A stretch of 64,000 bases of DNA from the NCBI GenBank assembly GCA_902573015.1, contig CACGIE010000003.1:10589-74588 (forward strand), written 5' to 3'. This DNA comes from an uncultured Candidatus Poseidoniales archaeon. Its GTDB lineage: Archaea; Thermoplasmatota; Poseidoniia; Poseidoniales; Thalassarchaeaceae. This document shows positions 37,860 to 46,822 of this stretch, in pieces. A program made the translations under genes and the position numbers. The notes under the pieces were generated by a model. It did no database searches. It saw only the letters and a program-made list of their open reading frames with translations, and was not told where the DNA came from. Positions within the stretch are counted from its first letter, which is position 1, and the number at the start of each line of letters is the position of its first letter.

Positions 37860-39137
37860 TTGGATGTTGACCTAGGTGACCTTTGCGAGGGGGCAAGAAT
37901 AGTCCTCGACAGACTTGGAGAGGAGGGGGACGTATGGATAGTTGGCGGCTGGGTCAGAGATAGGATAGCCGGAAAAGATAGTGAAGATTTGGATTTGGCT
38001 ACCAATTTAATTCCTTCAGAGGTAAAGAGTGCGTTTCCAAAGTCGATAATGGTGGGGGAGGAGTTTGGCACTGTCTTAGTGCGCGTGAGGGACTCAAAAG
38101 GTAGGGATTTCCAGTGCGAGGTGACCACCCTCAGGAAGGATGGAGGTTACAGTGACGGGAGGAGGCCCGATAAGGTAACCTTCGGGAACGATATAGCAGA
38201 AGACCTTGCAAGGAGGGATTTCACCATCAATGCGATGGCTATAGAGCCGATGAAGGGACTAGTGGGTGAAGAATGCCCATCTGGAAAACTGATTGACCTA
38301 GGTGGCAGAGGAGTAAAAGACCTTGAATCCGGACTTCTCAGGACTGTGGGCCAAGCAGAAGAGAGAATCGGAGAAGATGGATTGAGGATAGTTAGGGCAT
38401 TCAGGTTCTTGGACCTAGGAGAAGGAGGTCTTAGAGAGTTTAATCCGGAACTGAGTGCCGCAATATCGTCCAATCTTTCGATGCTAAGCAAGGTATCTAA
38501 AGAAAGGATCTGGAATGAGCTTCAAAAAGTCCTTTCCTGTTCGAATTCGATGCGAATAGTTGAGTCCATGGTAGAACACGGAATATTCGAGGAGATTCTT
38601 CCTGGAATCTCGATAAACACGAATACTGAACCGTCAGACGATTATATCGTAAATCTAGCACTAATCTGCAGAGATGAAGTGTCCGATGGGGCCGAGATGT
38701 CAGATAGAATTGCATCTCTTTTGAGGCTGTCAAGGAAAGAGAGTTCTGCGTTGTCGGACCTACATGAATGCAGAAAGATAGCCCTGGACCCATCAGTAGA
38801 GAGTGTTAGAAGATTCTCAGCCACCATGTCCGATACACAGAAATCTCAGATACTTGACTACAAGCGGGGATTGGGCGCTGATACGGAGGATTTCGAGTCT
38901 GAATTAGAAAAAAATTCCGATCTAAAGGCAGGTTCTGAACCTCTTGTTGATGGGTCTCGAATTTCAGAGATAACCGGACTAGAGGGCGGAAAAAGGCTCG
39001 GCAGACTAAAGGATTGGTTGCACAGAATTCAGGTTGAAAGGGACCTGGCTAGCGAAGAGGAAGTAGTCGAACTTTTGGCAGAGTTTGATTGGAAAAATTC
39101 TGACTTTGAAGAGTGGCAAGGACTTTCCTGGCCCTAG
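37860..39137 (+). CDS. cca: Class II nucleotidyltransferase (bacterial/eukaryotic-type CCA-adding enzyme / poly(A) polymerase family)
   Basis: VGGWVRDRIAGKDSEDLDLAT (GG-x-VRD ... DxD) and ARRDFTINAMA (RRD motif) define the class II PolyA_pol head domain. Confidence 0.75.
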   Translation: MDVDLGDLCEGARIVLDRLGEEGDVWIVGGWVRDRIAGKDSEDLDLATNLIPSEVKSAFPKSIMVGEEFGTVLVRVRDSKGRDFQCEVTTLRKDGGYSDGRRPDKVTFGNDIAEDLARRDFTINAMAIEPMKGLVGEECPSGKLIDLGGRGVKDLESGLLRTVGQAEERIGEDGLRIVRAFRFLDLGEGGLREFNPELSAAISSNLSMLSKVSKERIWNELQKVLSCSNSMRIVESMVEHGIFEEILPGISINTNTEPSDDYIVNLALICRDEVSDGAEMSDRIASLLRLSRKESSALSDLHECRKIALDPSVESVRRFSATMSDTQKSQILDYKRGLGADTEDFESELEKNSDLKAGSEPLVDGSRISEITGLEGGKRLGRLKDWLHRIQVERDLASEEEVVELLAEFDWKNSDFEEWQGLSWP

Positions 39138-39641
39138 TCAAATCTCGTTCAGGTACTCTATGTACTCTGATTCGTCGAGGTACATATCTTCGTCCCATTC
39201 GTGAGGTCTAACTATCATGCACCATCCGTCTTGGTAAGCATCCTCGTTGACAAGATCGGAATTATCCTCAACATCTCCGTTAAGTTCCACTATCTTGCAC
39301 GGAAATGGAGCATTAATCAGGACTCTGTCCTCTATGGTCCTGATTGTGATCATCAAATCATCAGTATCTAGCTCGTCCCCCCTAGAAATGGGTGCAGCAG
39401 GGGCGTCATCATCGTTTTGCGATTCTCCTTCGTCCGTATCAACTTGGAATTCACTATCGTCCTCTGGTTTTGAGAGAACAACACGCAGAATATCCCCGTA
39501 TTCGGCCCTGATGAACTCGCTAATCCCCAGCTTGACTGTCATATCGTCCTCATCATCATCGAGAACTTGGACCCATAAATGGTCCAGAGTATATTTCCTG
39601 TCATGGGCAATGCTGAATTCAAAGTAATCGCCGCTACTCAT
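39138..39641 (-). CDS. GcvH-like protein with an acidic insertion, apparently lacking the lipoyl-lysine
   Basis: LDHLWVQV...VKLGISEFIRAEYGDI aligns with E. coli GcvH HEWL...VGITEHAQELLGDM. NEDAYQDGWCMIVRP aligns with NSEPYAGGWIFKIK. At the ESVKA position the sequence reads TIRTIEDR. Confidence 0.5.
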   Translation of the reverse strand: MSSGDYFEFSIAHDRKYTLDHLWVQVLDDDEDDMTVKLGISEFIRAEYGDILRVVLSKPEDDSEFQVDTDEGESQNDDDAPAAPISRGDELDTDDLMITIRTIEDRVLINAPFPCKIVELNGDVEDNSDLVNEDAYQDGWCMIVRPHEWDEDMYLDESEYIEYLNEI

Positions 39642-39750
39642 CTATATCGTCCGCCGGCGCGGCAGTCCCTGATTTGAACTATTCGATTGAGAGAGAATTC
39701 CTCTTCTCAGAGAGATTAACAATATCCTCTTACTCCGAGTCGCTGAGAGC

Positions 39751-40926
39751 ATGGACTTCATCGAGACAGAAGAGCAAAGCATGATTCGAGAGATGGTAAG
39801 GGGGTTCGCCGAGGAAACATTGGCACCCACGTGCCTGGAACGTGATCGAGAGCAGCGAGCACCTCTGGAGGAGTGGTTGGAATTCTGCAAAGCTACCGGA
39901 CTCCAGGGAGTAACGATTCCAGACGAATACGGCGGAAATCAAGTGGACTCAGTATCTGAGTCAATAATCGTAGAAGAGCTGGCCAGAGTTGATCCCTCGT
40001 TCTCAGTAATGTACTGCGTCCACGTCGGACTTTGTTCAATGACTATCGCCCTGCATGGGAATGAGGAGCAGAAAAAAAAGTACCTTCCAAGACTTGCAGG
40101 AAATGAGATTGGTGCTTATTCCCTTTCAGAGGCAGGTGCTGGGACGGACGCTGCGGCCCTGGGGTGTAAGGCAAAGATCAGTGAAGACGGTAGCCACTAC
40201 ATCCTCAACGGGGAGAAGATGTGGGTGACGAATGGTGATAGCGCTGACATTTACGTCCTTTTCGCCAAGGACGTAGATCACCCTGAATTTGGAGACAAGA
40301 AGCATGGTGGAACTACGGCATTCATTGTCGAGAAGTCGTTCCATGGATTCACAGTAGGGAAGAAGGAGGATAAGCTGGGAATCCGCTCCAGTGACACATG
40401 CTCGTTGATTCTGAAGGACTGCAGAGTGCCTATTGAGAATGTGCTAAAGGGAGTAGGGGAGGGCTTTCCCATAGCCATGAATGCATTAGATAACTCAAGA
40501 ATTGGGATAGCCGCACAGGCACTCGGAATAGCCCAAGGAGCATTTGAGGCTGCTCTAAATTATGCTCATGAGCGAGTCGCATTCGGAAAGCCTATAGCTC
40601 ACCATCAAAGTGTAGGAAATTACCTAGCGGATATGGCAACTAGAACCGAGGCAGCCAGATTGATGGTTTACAAGGCATCCCTCTCGAAGCAGCTCCACTA
40701 TGAGGAAGGTGCGCCGAGGCACACAATGGACGCCAGTATGGCAAAACTCTTCGCGGGCGACACTGCAATGTGGGTTTCCGAAAGAGCGGTGCAAGTACTT
40801 GGAGGGTATGGGTATACTACGGACTTCCCAGTTGAGAGGTTCTTCAGGGATGCCAAGATTACTCAAATCTACGAGGGCACTCAAGAAGTACAGAGAATCG
40901 TGATAAATAGGTCAATTTCTCCTTAA
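39751..40926 (+). CDS. Acyl-CoA dehydrogenase (short/medium-chain type)
   Basis: YSLSEAGAGTDAAAL, WVTNG and IYEGTQEVQR motifs, 391 aa. Confidence 0.9.
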   Translation: MDFIETEEQSMIREMVRGFAEETLAPTCLERDREQRAPLEEWLEFCKATGLQGVTIPDEYGGNQVDSVSESIIVEELARVDPSFSVMYCVHVGLCSMTIALHGNEEQKKKYLPRLAGNEIGAYSLSEAGAGTDAAALGCKAKISEDGSHYILNGEKMWVTNGDSADIYVLFAKDVDHPEFGDKKHGGTTAFIVEKSFHGFTVGKKEDKLGIRSSDTCSLILKDCRVPIENVLKGVGEGFPIAMNALDNSRIGIAAQALGIAQGAFEAALNYAHERVAFGKPIAHHQSVGNYLADMATRTEAARLMVYKASLSKQLHYEEGAPRHTMDASMAKLFAGDTAMWVSERAVQVLGGYGYTTDFPVERFFRDAKITQIYEGTQEVQRIVINRSISP

Positions 40927-40939
40927 TGAGTCGGTCAGG

Positions 40940-42184
40940 ATGTACCCACTAGAGAAGATCAGAGGCTCTTTCCCGTCCCTCAGTAGAAAAATCGATGGAA
41001 GGGGAGCAGTTTACTTCGATGGACCCGGCGGTAGCCAGGTCCCACAATCCGTAGCAGATACTGTCAGTAATTACTTGTTGAATCACAATGCAAATACTGG
41101 AATGAGTTTTGCTACTTCAATGGAAACAGACGAAATAATCACTGAAACTCTGAGTGCTTGTGCCGAATTCCTAGGGTGCTCCGACCCTAATGAGATTGCA
41201 TTCGGCCAGAACATGACCAGTCTGAATATCCAACTAGCCAGCGCCCTCAGCAAGACATGGGGGCCGGGCGACGAGGTGGTAGTGACCAGACTAGACCACG
41301 ACGCGAACGTCAGGCCTTGGTCACTAGCGGCAGAGTGGTCCGGGGCCTCGTTGAAGAAAATTGAAGTAAATCCAGATGACTGTACTTTGGACATGGAATC
41401 GGTGGCTGAATCGATTTCCGAAAGTACCGTGCTCGTAGCAATTGGGGCTGCTTCGAATCTTTCTGGGACGATTAACAACGTCAGAGAACTGATAGGAATT
41501 GCACATGGTTTCGGTGCAGAGGTTGTTGTTGATGCGGTTCATTTTGCACCTCACTCCCTGATAGATGTGGAAGACATAGGGTGTGATTTCCTGCTATGCT
41601 CCCCGTACAAGTTCTTCGGCCCCCACCAGGGGATTCTTTGGGGGAAGAGGAGTAGAATGGAAGAACTTCCCGTTGCAAAGCTTCGAGTATCTACAGAGGA
41701 AGTCCCATTCAGATGGATGACGGGGACTCAGAGCCATGAAGGAATGGCCGGAACCAAGGCTGCGATTGACCATATCGCATGGATTGGTAGAGAAGTCTCA
41801 GGAAACGAAGGACTAGCGAGAAGAGAGGCCTTGAAAGTAGCATACACTGCTATCGAAGAGCATGAGCGAGAATTGTGCCTAAGAATGATCCATGGGCTGA
41901 CAGAAATTGACGGTTTGAAAATCTGGGGGATAACCAATCCAGAGAGAATTGCGGAAAGATCCCCCACCGTATCTTTCACCCATCCCAAGATGACAGCTAG
42001 CGAGATTGGTTCCCTGCTGGCTGAGAGGGGGATATTTGTCTGGGCAGGCAATTTCTACGCACTAGAGTTAACCGAAGCACTAGGACTTGAGCCAGAAGGA
42101 GTTTTGAGAGTGGGATTGCTGCACTACAACTCGATGGAGGAAGTAGACTTCTTCTTAGAATCTGTAAGAGAAATCTTGCGGTAG
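40940..42184 (+). CDS. Class V aminotransferase / cysteine desulfurase-like PLP enzyme
   Basis: DAVHFAPH and SPYKFFGPH (PLP-Lys) motifs, ~410 aa. Confidence 0.7.
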   Translation: MYPLEKIRGSFPSLSRKIDGRGAVYFDGPGGSQVPQSVADTVSNYLLNHNANTGMSFATSMETDEIITETLSACAEFLGCSDPNEIAFGQNMTSLNIQLASALSKTWGPGDEVVVTRLDHDANVRPWSLAAEWSGASLKKIEVNPDDCTLDMESVAESISESTVLVAIGAASNLSGTINNVRELIGIAHGFGAEVVVDAVHFAPHSLIDVEDIGCDFLLCSPYKFFGPHQGILWGKRSRMEELPVAKLRVSTEEVPFRWMTGTQSHEGMAGTKAAIDHIAWIGREVSGNEGLARREALKVAYTAIEEHERELCLRMIHGLTEIDGLKIWGITNPERIAERSPTVSFTHPKMTASEIGSLLAERGIFVWAGNFYALELTEALGLEPEGVLRVGLLHYNSMEEVDFFLESVREILR

Positions 42185-42186
42185 CC

Positions 42187-43737
42187 TCACTCCACCCACT
42201 GGTATCTCCTCTGCCCTTCTAGATCCCCTTCTAAACCGACGCTTACCAAGGCGAACTCGGTACTGGGCTTTACGACTGAACGCTTTCTCTTGCCCATATG
42301 CAAAGCCTCGTACACCGTCTTATTGATGGCATGACGAGTGGATAGTCGCTCGAATAGGTGGAATCTAGAGGCTATCTCCCTCCAACCTGGTTGGACGACT
42401 CCCTCGAAAACCTTAGCCTTAGCCCCTGAGCCATACCCGCAAAGACCAATGTGGCTTCCCTCCATCTCTACGTTCTCAATATAATCAGACTCCATTGCTG
42501 ACATCAGTGCAAGGAAAATTGACCCGGTATATTGGTTTCCAATCAAGCTAGAGGCTCTTTGTGTCTTCTCGATCCTCTGTTCCACGAAGGTCTTGAACTC
42601 CGGAGTCTTAGAAATGAGCCTCCTGTAGGAGTCATTCGCGGTTTCGAATTCTTCAATCCCGTCCGGAGTATCCGGGAAGTCTGAAGGTAAAGGCTCAGGA
42701 CCAATCTCCTCGACAATTCCCTCCCACATAGGGAGATTCCTACGATCATGACGGAAGACGTCGGGGAACATTCTCTTCCCCTGGAATGCATAGGGTAGAT
42801 GGACAATAATTCTGCTCCATTGGTTGGTGAGAATCTCATCTTTCTCTGGATTATACCTATCCTCCTCTATAGCCTTTTTACGGAAGTCTATGAACGCCTG
42901 TTTGACAGACTCGGAATAACATCGATTAGAGAACTGGCCATCGAAAACGGGAGTATCCTTGTGAATCATGATTTTCTCATTCTCGAAGATGGTCTGGTTC
43001 TTTTTCTTGGATCTGGGGAGTAATTTGAGTATCTTCTCTGCTAGGTTGGATGTGAACCTGGCACCGGATTCCTCTGCCAATTCCAGGACATTCTCGACTA
43101 CTGTACGCGTCTCGACCTCTCTCCGCGGCTTGAAGAAGTCATGAACCGGCATTGTGGAAACGCCCCAGATATCGGGAATTGCAAGTAATCTTGGATTATG
43201 ACGAATTAGTATCGCCCCTCCTCCTGCTCCCTGAGTGTACTCTCCAGAAGATCCGAGATCATATTTCGCGTTGTCAGCGAAAACCACTATTCCTGTCCTA
43301 TTTCTTTCCGGACCCCCCCTAGCCACCCAATCAAGGGTATTGTGCATCGCATCCACTGCACCAATGCAGGCGAATGTCATATCGACTACATCGCAATTCC
43401 TGAATGAGTGGTCGCCGAATTTCTCCGAATAGCGCTGTTCGAGCATGTCCATAATGTAAGTGGCGGTTGGCTTAGCGCCGTCCAAAGCCGATTCAGTGCC
43501 TAGGTAAATCCTACCTATCGAAGAAGGATCTAGGGAATTTCTGTCAATAAGTCTGGAAACAGCATTTGCACCCATTGTTGCGGTGTCTTCGTGCACGTCT
43601 GGTATCGCCATAGCCTCTAGTCCCAGACCTTTGCTTAGTTTGCCATAGTCGGCACCTCTGAACTCTGCAAAATCTTGCATTGCGAAATATAGTCTCGGGA
43701 AATGGAGTGCGATGTCATCAATGCCAACGACTGACAT
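42187..43737 (-). CDS. Hydroxymethylglutaryl-CoA synthase family, long form
   Basis: LGTESALDGAKP (catalytic Glu region), MTFACIGAVDAM (Cys), VHLPYAFQG (His) and CGYGSGAKA motifs. 516 aa. Confidence 0.7.
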   Translation of the reverse strand: MSVVGIDDIALHFPRLYFAMQDFAEFRGADYGKLSKGLGLEAMAIPDVHEDTATMGANAVSRLIDRNSLDPSSIGRIYLGTESALDGAKPTATYIMDMLEQRYSEKFGDHSFRNCDVVDMTFACIGAVDAMHNTLDWVARGGPERNRTGIVVFADNAKYDLGSSGEYTQGAGGGAILIRHNPRLLAIPDIWGVSTMPVHDFFKPRREVETRTVVENVLELAEESGARFTSNLAEKILKLLPRSKKKNQTIFENEKIMIHKDTPVFDGQFSNRCYSESVKQAFIDFRKKAIEEDRYNPEKDEILTNQWSRIIVHLPYAFQGKRMFPDVFRHDRRNLPMWEGIVEEIGPEPLPSDFPDTPDGIEEFETANDSYRRLISKTPEFKTFVEQRIEKTQRASSLIGNQYTGSIFLALMSAMESDYIENVEMEGSHIGLCGYGSGAKAKVFEGVVQPGWREIASRFHLFERLSTRHAINKTVYEALHMGKRKRSVVKPSTEFALVSVGLEGDLEGQRRYQWVE

Positions 43738-43815
43738 ACTACCAAGGCGACGCGGAATGGGCCTACATTATGATTCCTGTGGGGTCAATCTCTCCGGCAT
43801 CGATTCATAATGATT

Positions 43816-44934
43816 CTACGATTCACCGGAAATTCTGTTTATTGACTCGATTAGTTCGTGCTTATCTGAGAAATGCTGCGAGATAGGCTCTAAGACCTTG
43901 GATAGAGCATCGGCTATTGCTATCTTAGCATCCAGCGGGTGTATTTCTCCATTCGATACTGCATCTACAAATTGCTGTTGATCGGTCCATTCCGATGGTT
44001 TGCCGTACTTAGGGTCTGGTGAAACTACTATTCTCCCGAGTTTGGGGAGTATAACGTGTTGAGAAATCTCGAATATTGGGGATTTGTCGTTTCCCACCTC
44101 TAGGAAAGATTTCCTAATCTTGGATCTGATTGATTCTGAATCGTCATCCAAGAGGATCGCATTCCCCGGATCTGACTTGGACATTTTATGATCAAAGGAG
44201 TCCATCCTCCCTCCTGGTCCCTTTAGGCCAGAGAGCATGGGGGTGTGGATGCATGTCGGCTTTGTCCATTGATTCTTCTCCGCAACCTCTCGCATGTACA
44301 TGTGCGCCTTTCTCTGGTCCATGCCCCCAAAAGCTATGTCCACCTCAAGTTCGAAAATATCCGCGGCCTGCAGAGCGGGATAGTAGAATGCAGCCAAGTC
44401 GTGATCAGAAGAGTCCTCGTCCCTACCCATTATGCTGAAGGTTCTCCTCACTCTTGAGAGGCTCATGTTCTTCGAGCATCTCAGGACCCGTTCCCAGTAC
44501 TTCCCGGAGTCCATAACATCAGATGCGCGTATAAATTGGATTTCACCTGGTCCGGTCCCCTCTCTAGGATTCTCCAAAATTGCCCTAAACATCTCAGACA
44601 TGTATTCCGCAGCCATGGAAATCTTCCCCATGTCTCTTCCGAACTTATCGTTCACCCAAGCATGCCAATCTGCCAAAAGTATGATGACATTGACGCCCTC
44701 ATCCAATAAGTTCCTGATTGTATCTCCCAGGATAATCCAGCCAAGATGAGCCTTCCCACTAGGTTCTAAGCCTATGTAAGCAGAAAGTTGATCATCTCCG
44801 GAATGACTAGAAGCACCTCGAAATACAGACTCGAGATGTTCCACCCCAACTACTTCCTGGCATCCGAAGAACATCCTATCAATACGAGCCTGGGATTCGG
44901 CAGACAACTCGGGAAGAGTCACTTCTTCTACCAT
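43816..44934 (-). CDS. tyrS: Tyrosine--tRNA ligase (archaeal type)
   Basis: It aligns along its length with M. jannaschii TyrRS as I recall that sequence: SAYIGLEPSGKAHLGW, IILLADWHAW, YPALQAAD...GGMDQRKAHM, KMSKS and HPLDAKIAIADALSKVLEPI. Confidence 0.85.
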   Translation of the reverse strand: MVEEVTLPELSAESQARIDRMFFGCQEVVGVEHLESVFRGASSHSGDDQLSAYIGLEPSGKAHLGWIILGDTIRNLLDEGVNVIILLADWHAWVNDKFGRDMGKISMAAEYMSEMFRAILENPREGTGPGEIQFIRASDVMDSGKYWERVLRCSKNMSLSRVRRTFSIMGRDEDSSDHDLAAFYYPALQAADIFELEVDIAFGGMDQRKAHMYMREVAEKNQWTKPTCIHTPMLSGLKGPGGRMDSFDHKMSKSDPGNAILLDDDSESIRSKIRKSFLEVGNDKSPIFEISQHVILPKLGRIVVSPDPKYGKPSEWTDQQQFVDAVSNGEIHPLDAKIAIADALSKVLEPISQHFSDKHELIESINRISGES

Positions 44935-44942
44935 TGCCTCAC

Positions 44943-45590
44943 CTAATTGAGCAGTTTATTGAGCTTCTCTGCTCTCCCTTTAGCCTTGGTATTCTCATTT
45001 TCTTTCAGTAGGGACTCAATCTCCTCAATCAACGATTCCGCTTTCTCTATCTTGTCGGCAGGAACACTATCAGACATCTCCATGAAATGTCGTGCTGACG
45101 AAACGGCTGATTTGGCCTTTGCAGCCTTCTTGGCCCATTCCTTTGCCTTGTCCCCCCTCTGTTTGGAATTGTACCCTGTAGCCTTGTCTAGGAACGTAGT
45201 CCATCGCTTCCGGTCCTCCATCGCCGATTTCATTGATTCAGGATTATCGAAATCGGGAGCGACGTTAGTCACATCAACAATCAAAGCACCATTCTCGAAT
45301 CTTCCAACTATCGAGGTCATAACCCCGTGAGATCCCTCAAAAGATTCTTCAGAAGTCCTTTCCACTATTTCGAAGAACTCTTTCGCGAGTTCTGAAAGTC
45401 CTCCATTTTCTCCCACTTCTTTGATAATTCCTCTTCGAACGTCGAATCGCTCCATATGCCCTCGAAACGACATTGTCACTTCAATACTGCCGAACACAGA
45501 GGTTGGGAAGTCAGTAGAATACCTAAACGGTCGCCACCTTTCGGAGTCGTATGCACAGAGATATTGCGACGGCTTTAGTCGGATTATCAA
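44943..45590 (-). CDS. Hypothetical cytoplasmic protein with a Lys-rich C-terminal helix
   Basis: Clean ORF. The probable start is the Met at 45473 (MSFRGHMERFDV), which removes the overlap with the divergent gene. No motif recognised. Confidence 0.35.
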   Translation of the reverse strand: MIIRLKPSQYLCAYDSERWRPFRYSTDFPTSVFGSIEVTMSFRGHMERFDVRRGIIKEVGENGGLSELAKEFFEIVERTSEESFEGSHGVMTSIVGRFENGALIVDVTNVAPDFDNPESMKSAMEDRKRWTTFLDKATGYNSKQRGDKAKEWAKKAAKAKSAVSSARHFMEMSDSVPADKIEKAESLIEEIESLLKENENTKAKGRAEKLNKLLN

Positions 45591-46786
45591 TCATCCTTCT
45601 TGTACCATCATCACTGGCACAATCAACAGTGGTGCTAGGTGATTCAATCAGTGTGGCAGAAGGCGATATGGGCATTGAAGGGATTTCTGTTTCTGAAAAT
45701 CAAGATTTAATCCTGGCTCATGGTGCAAACTCGGGCATTTTCCTTATCGATTCCAATTCTCCCGAAAACAATTCACATATCGAATGGAGTGGTGACTATT
45801 CGCTTCTAGACTCTTCATTCCACCCCGGGGGGGAAACGGCCATCATGGTTGGAGAAGGTGGGAATGTCTTGAGAATGACCTTGGCGAACTCAAGTATAGA
45901 GCAGGCCGGTGGCCCCTCCACCTTCGGAGATACTCTGCTAACTTCCGTATCTTGGAATGGGGATGGAAGTTGGGCCTATATCGGAGGAGAGGATGGGTGG
46001 ATTTGGAGGTTCAGAGGAACCTCTGACGGAGGAATAGAGGCGATAGTTCTGGAAAATCGAGGAGATAGGGTCATCTCGGGCATCTCTTGTCTGAGAGGAC
46101 ACAATATCTGTGCGATAACCTCGACTTTGGGGGGCATAGGGATTATCGATCAGGAACATGGTTTGCACTGGATAGGCGGTTTCGGGACTCCATGGGTGGA
46201 TATTGTCTGTCACTCTTCAGAAGTGCCAGAATGCGTCGCAATATCTAGCGACTTAACCATTGCAAGTATTGTTGTAGTCGTTTCAGAACCCTCGGAAACC
46301 AGAGTCTTTGACAACGACATAGTTCAACTGCAAGGTTTCGTAGGGGCAATGACAGGGATAGAAGCACAATCTGACGGAATTTCCCTTATTTCACTGGCTC
46401 CATTCGGATTAATTGAGCACGACAAAGAAGCTGGGAAGTCATTCCACTGGCTCGATAATTTCGACGCTGTGGAATTTGACGTAGAAATCTCGGATCAGAG
46501 AATCGTTGGCACATGGGGATCTGGATTTTTCGAGGGGTGGCTAATTACCGATAGGGGCACATTAGTCTCTTTCGGACCCGTTGATCAGAGCGAGGACAAT
46601 TCAATGCTAGAAATTTGGATCGGGATAATTATCCTTGGTGGGGCCACATTGCTGGTGGCATCTCTGATGGTGAGTTCTTCTCCGAAACTAAGCAATTGGT
46701 TGACGAAAAGGATTGGTAGCGAGGAAGAGCGCAAAGATGTCGTGAGAAAGGAAAGGCGCCAGTCAAGGAAAAAAGGACGAGCATAG
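45551..46786 (+). CDS. Exported propeller-like protein with a C-terminal TM anchor and a basic tail
   Basis: Signal peptide LVGLSIILLVPSSLAQS, repeated G-x-G/W-rich beta-strand segments, the TM segment IGIIILGGATLLVASLMV and the tail KERRQSRKKGRA. Confidence 0.4.
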   Translation: MHRDIATALVGLSIILLVPSSLAQSTVVLGDSISVAEGDMGIEGISVSENQDLILAHGANSGIFLIDSNSPENNSHIEWSGDYSLLDSSFHPGGETAIMVGEGGNVLRMTLANSSIEQAGGPSTFGDTLLTSVSWNGDGSWAYIGGEDGWIWRFRGTSDGGIEAIVLENRGDRVISGISCLRGHNICAITSTLGGIGIIDQEHGLHWIGGFGTPWVDIVCHSSEVPECVAISSDLTIASIVVVVSEPSETRVFDNDIVQLQGFVGAMTGIEAQSDGISLISLAPFGLIEHDKEAGKSFHWLDNFDAVEFDVEISDQRIVGTWGSGFFEGWLITDRGTLVSFGPVDQSEDNSMLEIWIGIIILGGATLLVASLMVSSSPKLSNWLTKRIGSEEERKDVVRKERRQSRKKGRA

Positions 46787-46822
46787 ATTCATTTGCAAAC
46801 TTGCTTGCGGCGGTTCAATAAC

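Noticed and set aside
39642-39890. 82-aa minus-strand ORF (plus 39730-39942) in and around the spacer upstream of the acyl-CoA dehydrogenase.
   Set aside because: It overlaps the 5' end of the well-supported ACAD gene and has an Arg/Ser-rich low-complexity translation. The spacer is more likely a divergent promoter region.
41083-42051. Minus-strand ORFs inside the class V aminotransferase gene (131 aa, 76 aa, 65 aa and 107 aa).
   Set aside because: They are shadow ORFs. The plus-strand frame has the PLP-Lys motif and a full-length fold.
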